Source: an uncultured delta proteobacterium (GTDB lineage: Bacteria; Desulfobacterota; Binatia; Binatales; Binataceae). Taken from it: a stretch of 64,000 nucleotides of DNA. The number at the start of each line of letters is the position of its first letter. The first letter of the stretch is position 1. A program made the position numbers and the translations under genes. This document shows positions 63,902 to 64,000 of the stretch, in pieces. The stretch is from the NCBI GenBank assembly GCA_963789115.1, contig CAWBJH010000001.1:1225419-1289418 (forward strand), written 5' to 3'. Below the pieces are notes generated by a model. It had not been told where the DNA came from. It searched no databases and saw only the letters and a program-made list of their open reading frames with translations.

Positions 63902-64000
63902 ATGCGAATCTTGCTGATCTGCCCGAATTTCGAGACCTTGGGCGGTGTCCAGGAAGTAGTGGATAGCCTCGCCGAAAAGTTCGCCGCCGCGGGACACACG
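63902..64000 (+). CDS. Glycosyltransferase family 4, paralogue 3 (5' fragment, continues beyond window)
   Basis: MRILLICPNFETLGGVQEVVDSLAEKFAAAGHT... has the same N-terminus as the two upstream genes. Confidence 0.7.
   Translation, partial: MRILLICPNFETLGGVQEVVDSLAEKFAAAGHT

Overview
This is a high-GC (~68%) Gram-negative bacterial chromosome segment. A standard-order translation/transcription gene block on the minus strand runs from ~44.9 kb down to ~12.0 kb. It contains a tRNA cluster (Thr-Tyr-Gly-Thr), rpmG, tRNA-Trp, secE-nusG-rplKAJL, rpoB-rpoC, rpsL-rpsG-fusA-tuf, and the S10/spc/alpha ribosomal operons through rplQ. To its left are tldD/tldE, clpB and a czcCBA-type heavy-metal RND efflux operon that runs off the window start. 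To its right are rlmB, lptF-lptG, a translationally coupled three-gene operon of unknown role (lipoate-protein-ligase-like / HEAT-repeat / PPOX-F420 class), an IS481-family insertion, DUF72, GST-like, excisionase-type HTH, PEBP, two secreted/membrane proteins, engB, murI, secA and three tandem GT4 glycosyltransferase paralogues.

The most unusual region is a 2.5-kb accessory island (9.4-11.95 kb) between tldD and rplQ. It holds two DUF559 (Vsr-fold endonuclease) genes, each enclosed by its own pair of 50-85-bp terminal inverted repeats. It also holds a REP/RAYT-type tyrosine-transposase remnant flanked by near-perfect inverted repeats and REP hairpins, a small unknown ORF and a 12-bp microsatellite. 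A solo copy of one of these TIR elements elsewhere (52.3 kb) carries the IS481 insertion inside its hairpin loop.

Other notable points follow. Four essential genes (fusA, rpoC, engB, secA) carry single-nucleotide frameshifts, probably from indel errors in the assembly. The ribosomal proteins L24, L33, L36 and S14 are all of the zinc-ribbon type. EF-Tu carries a Cys4 insertion. Several ribosomal proteins carry Pro/Ala/Lys-rich terminal extensions. Many long plus-strand ORFs in the supplied track are shadow ORFs opposite real genes.
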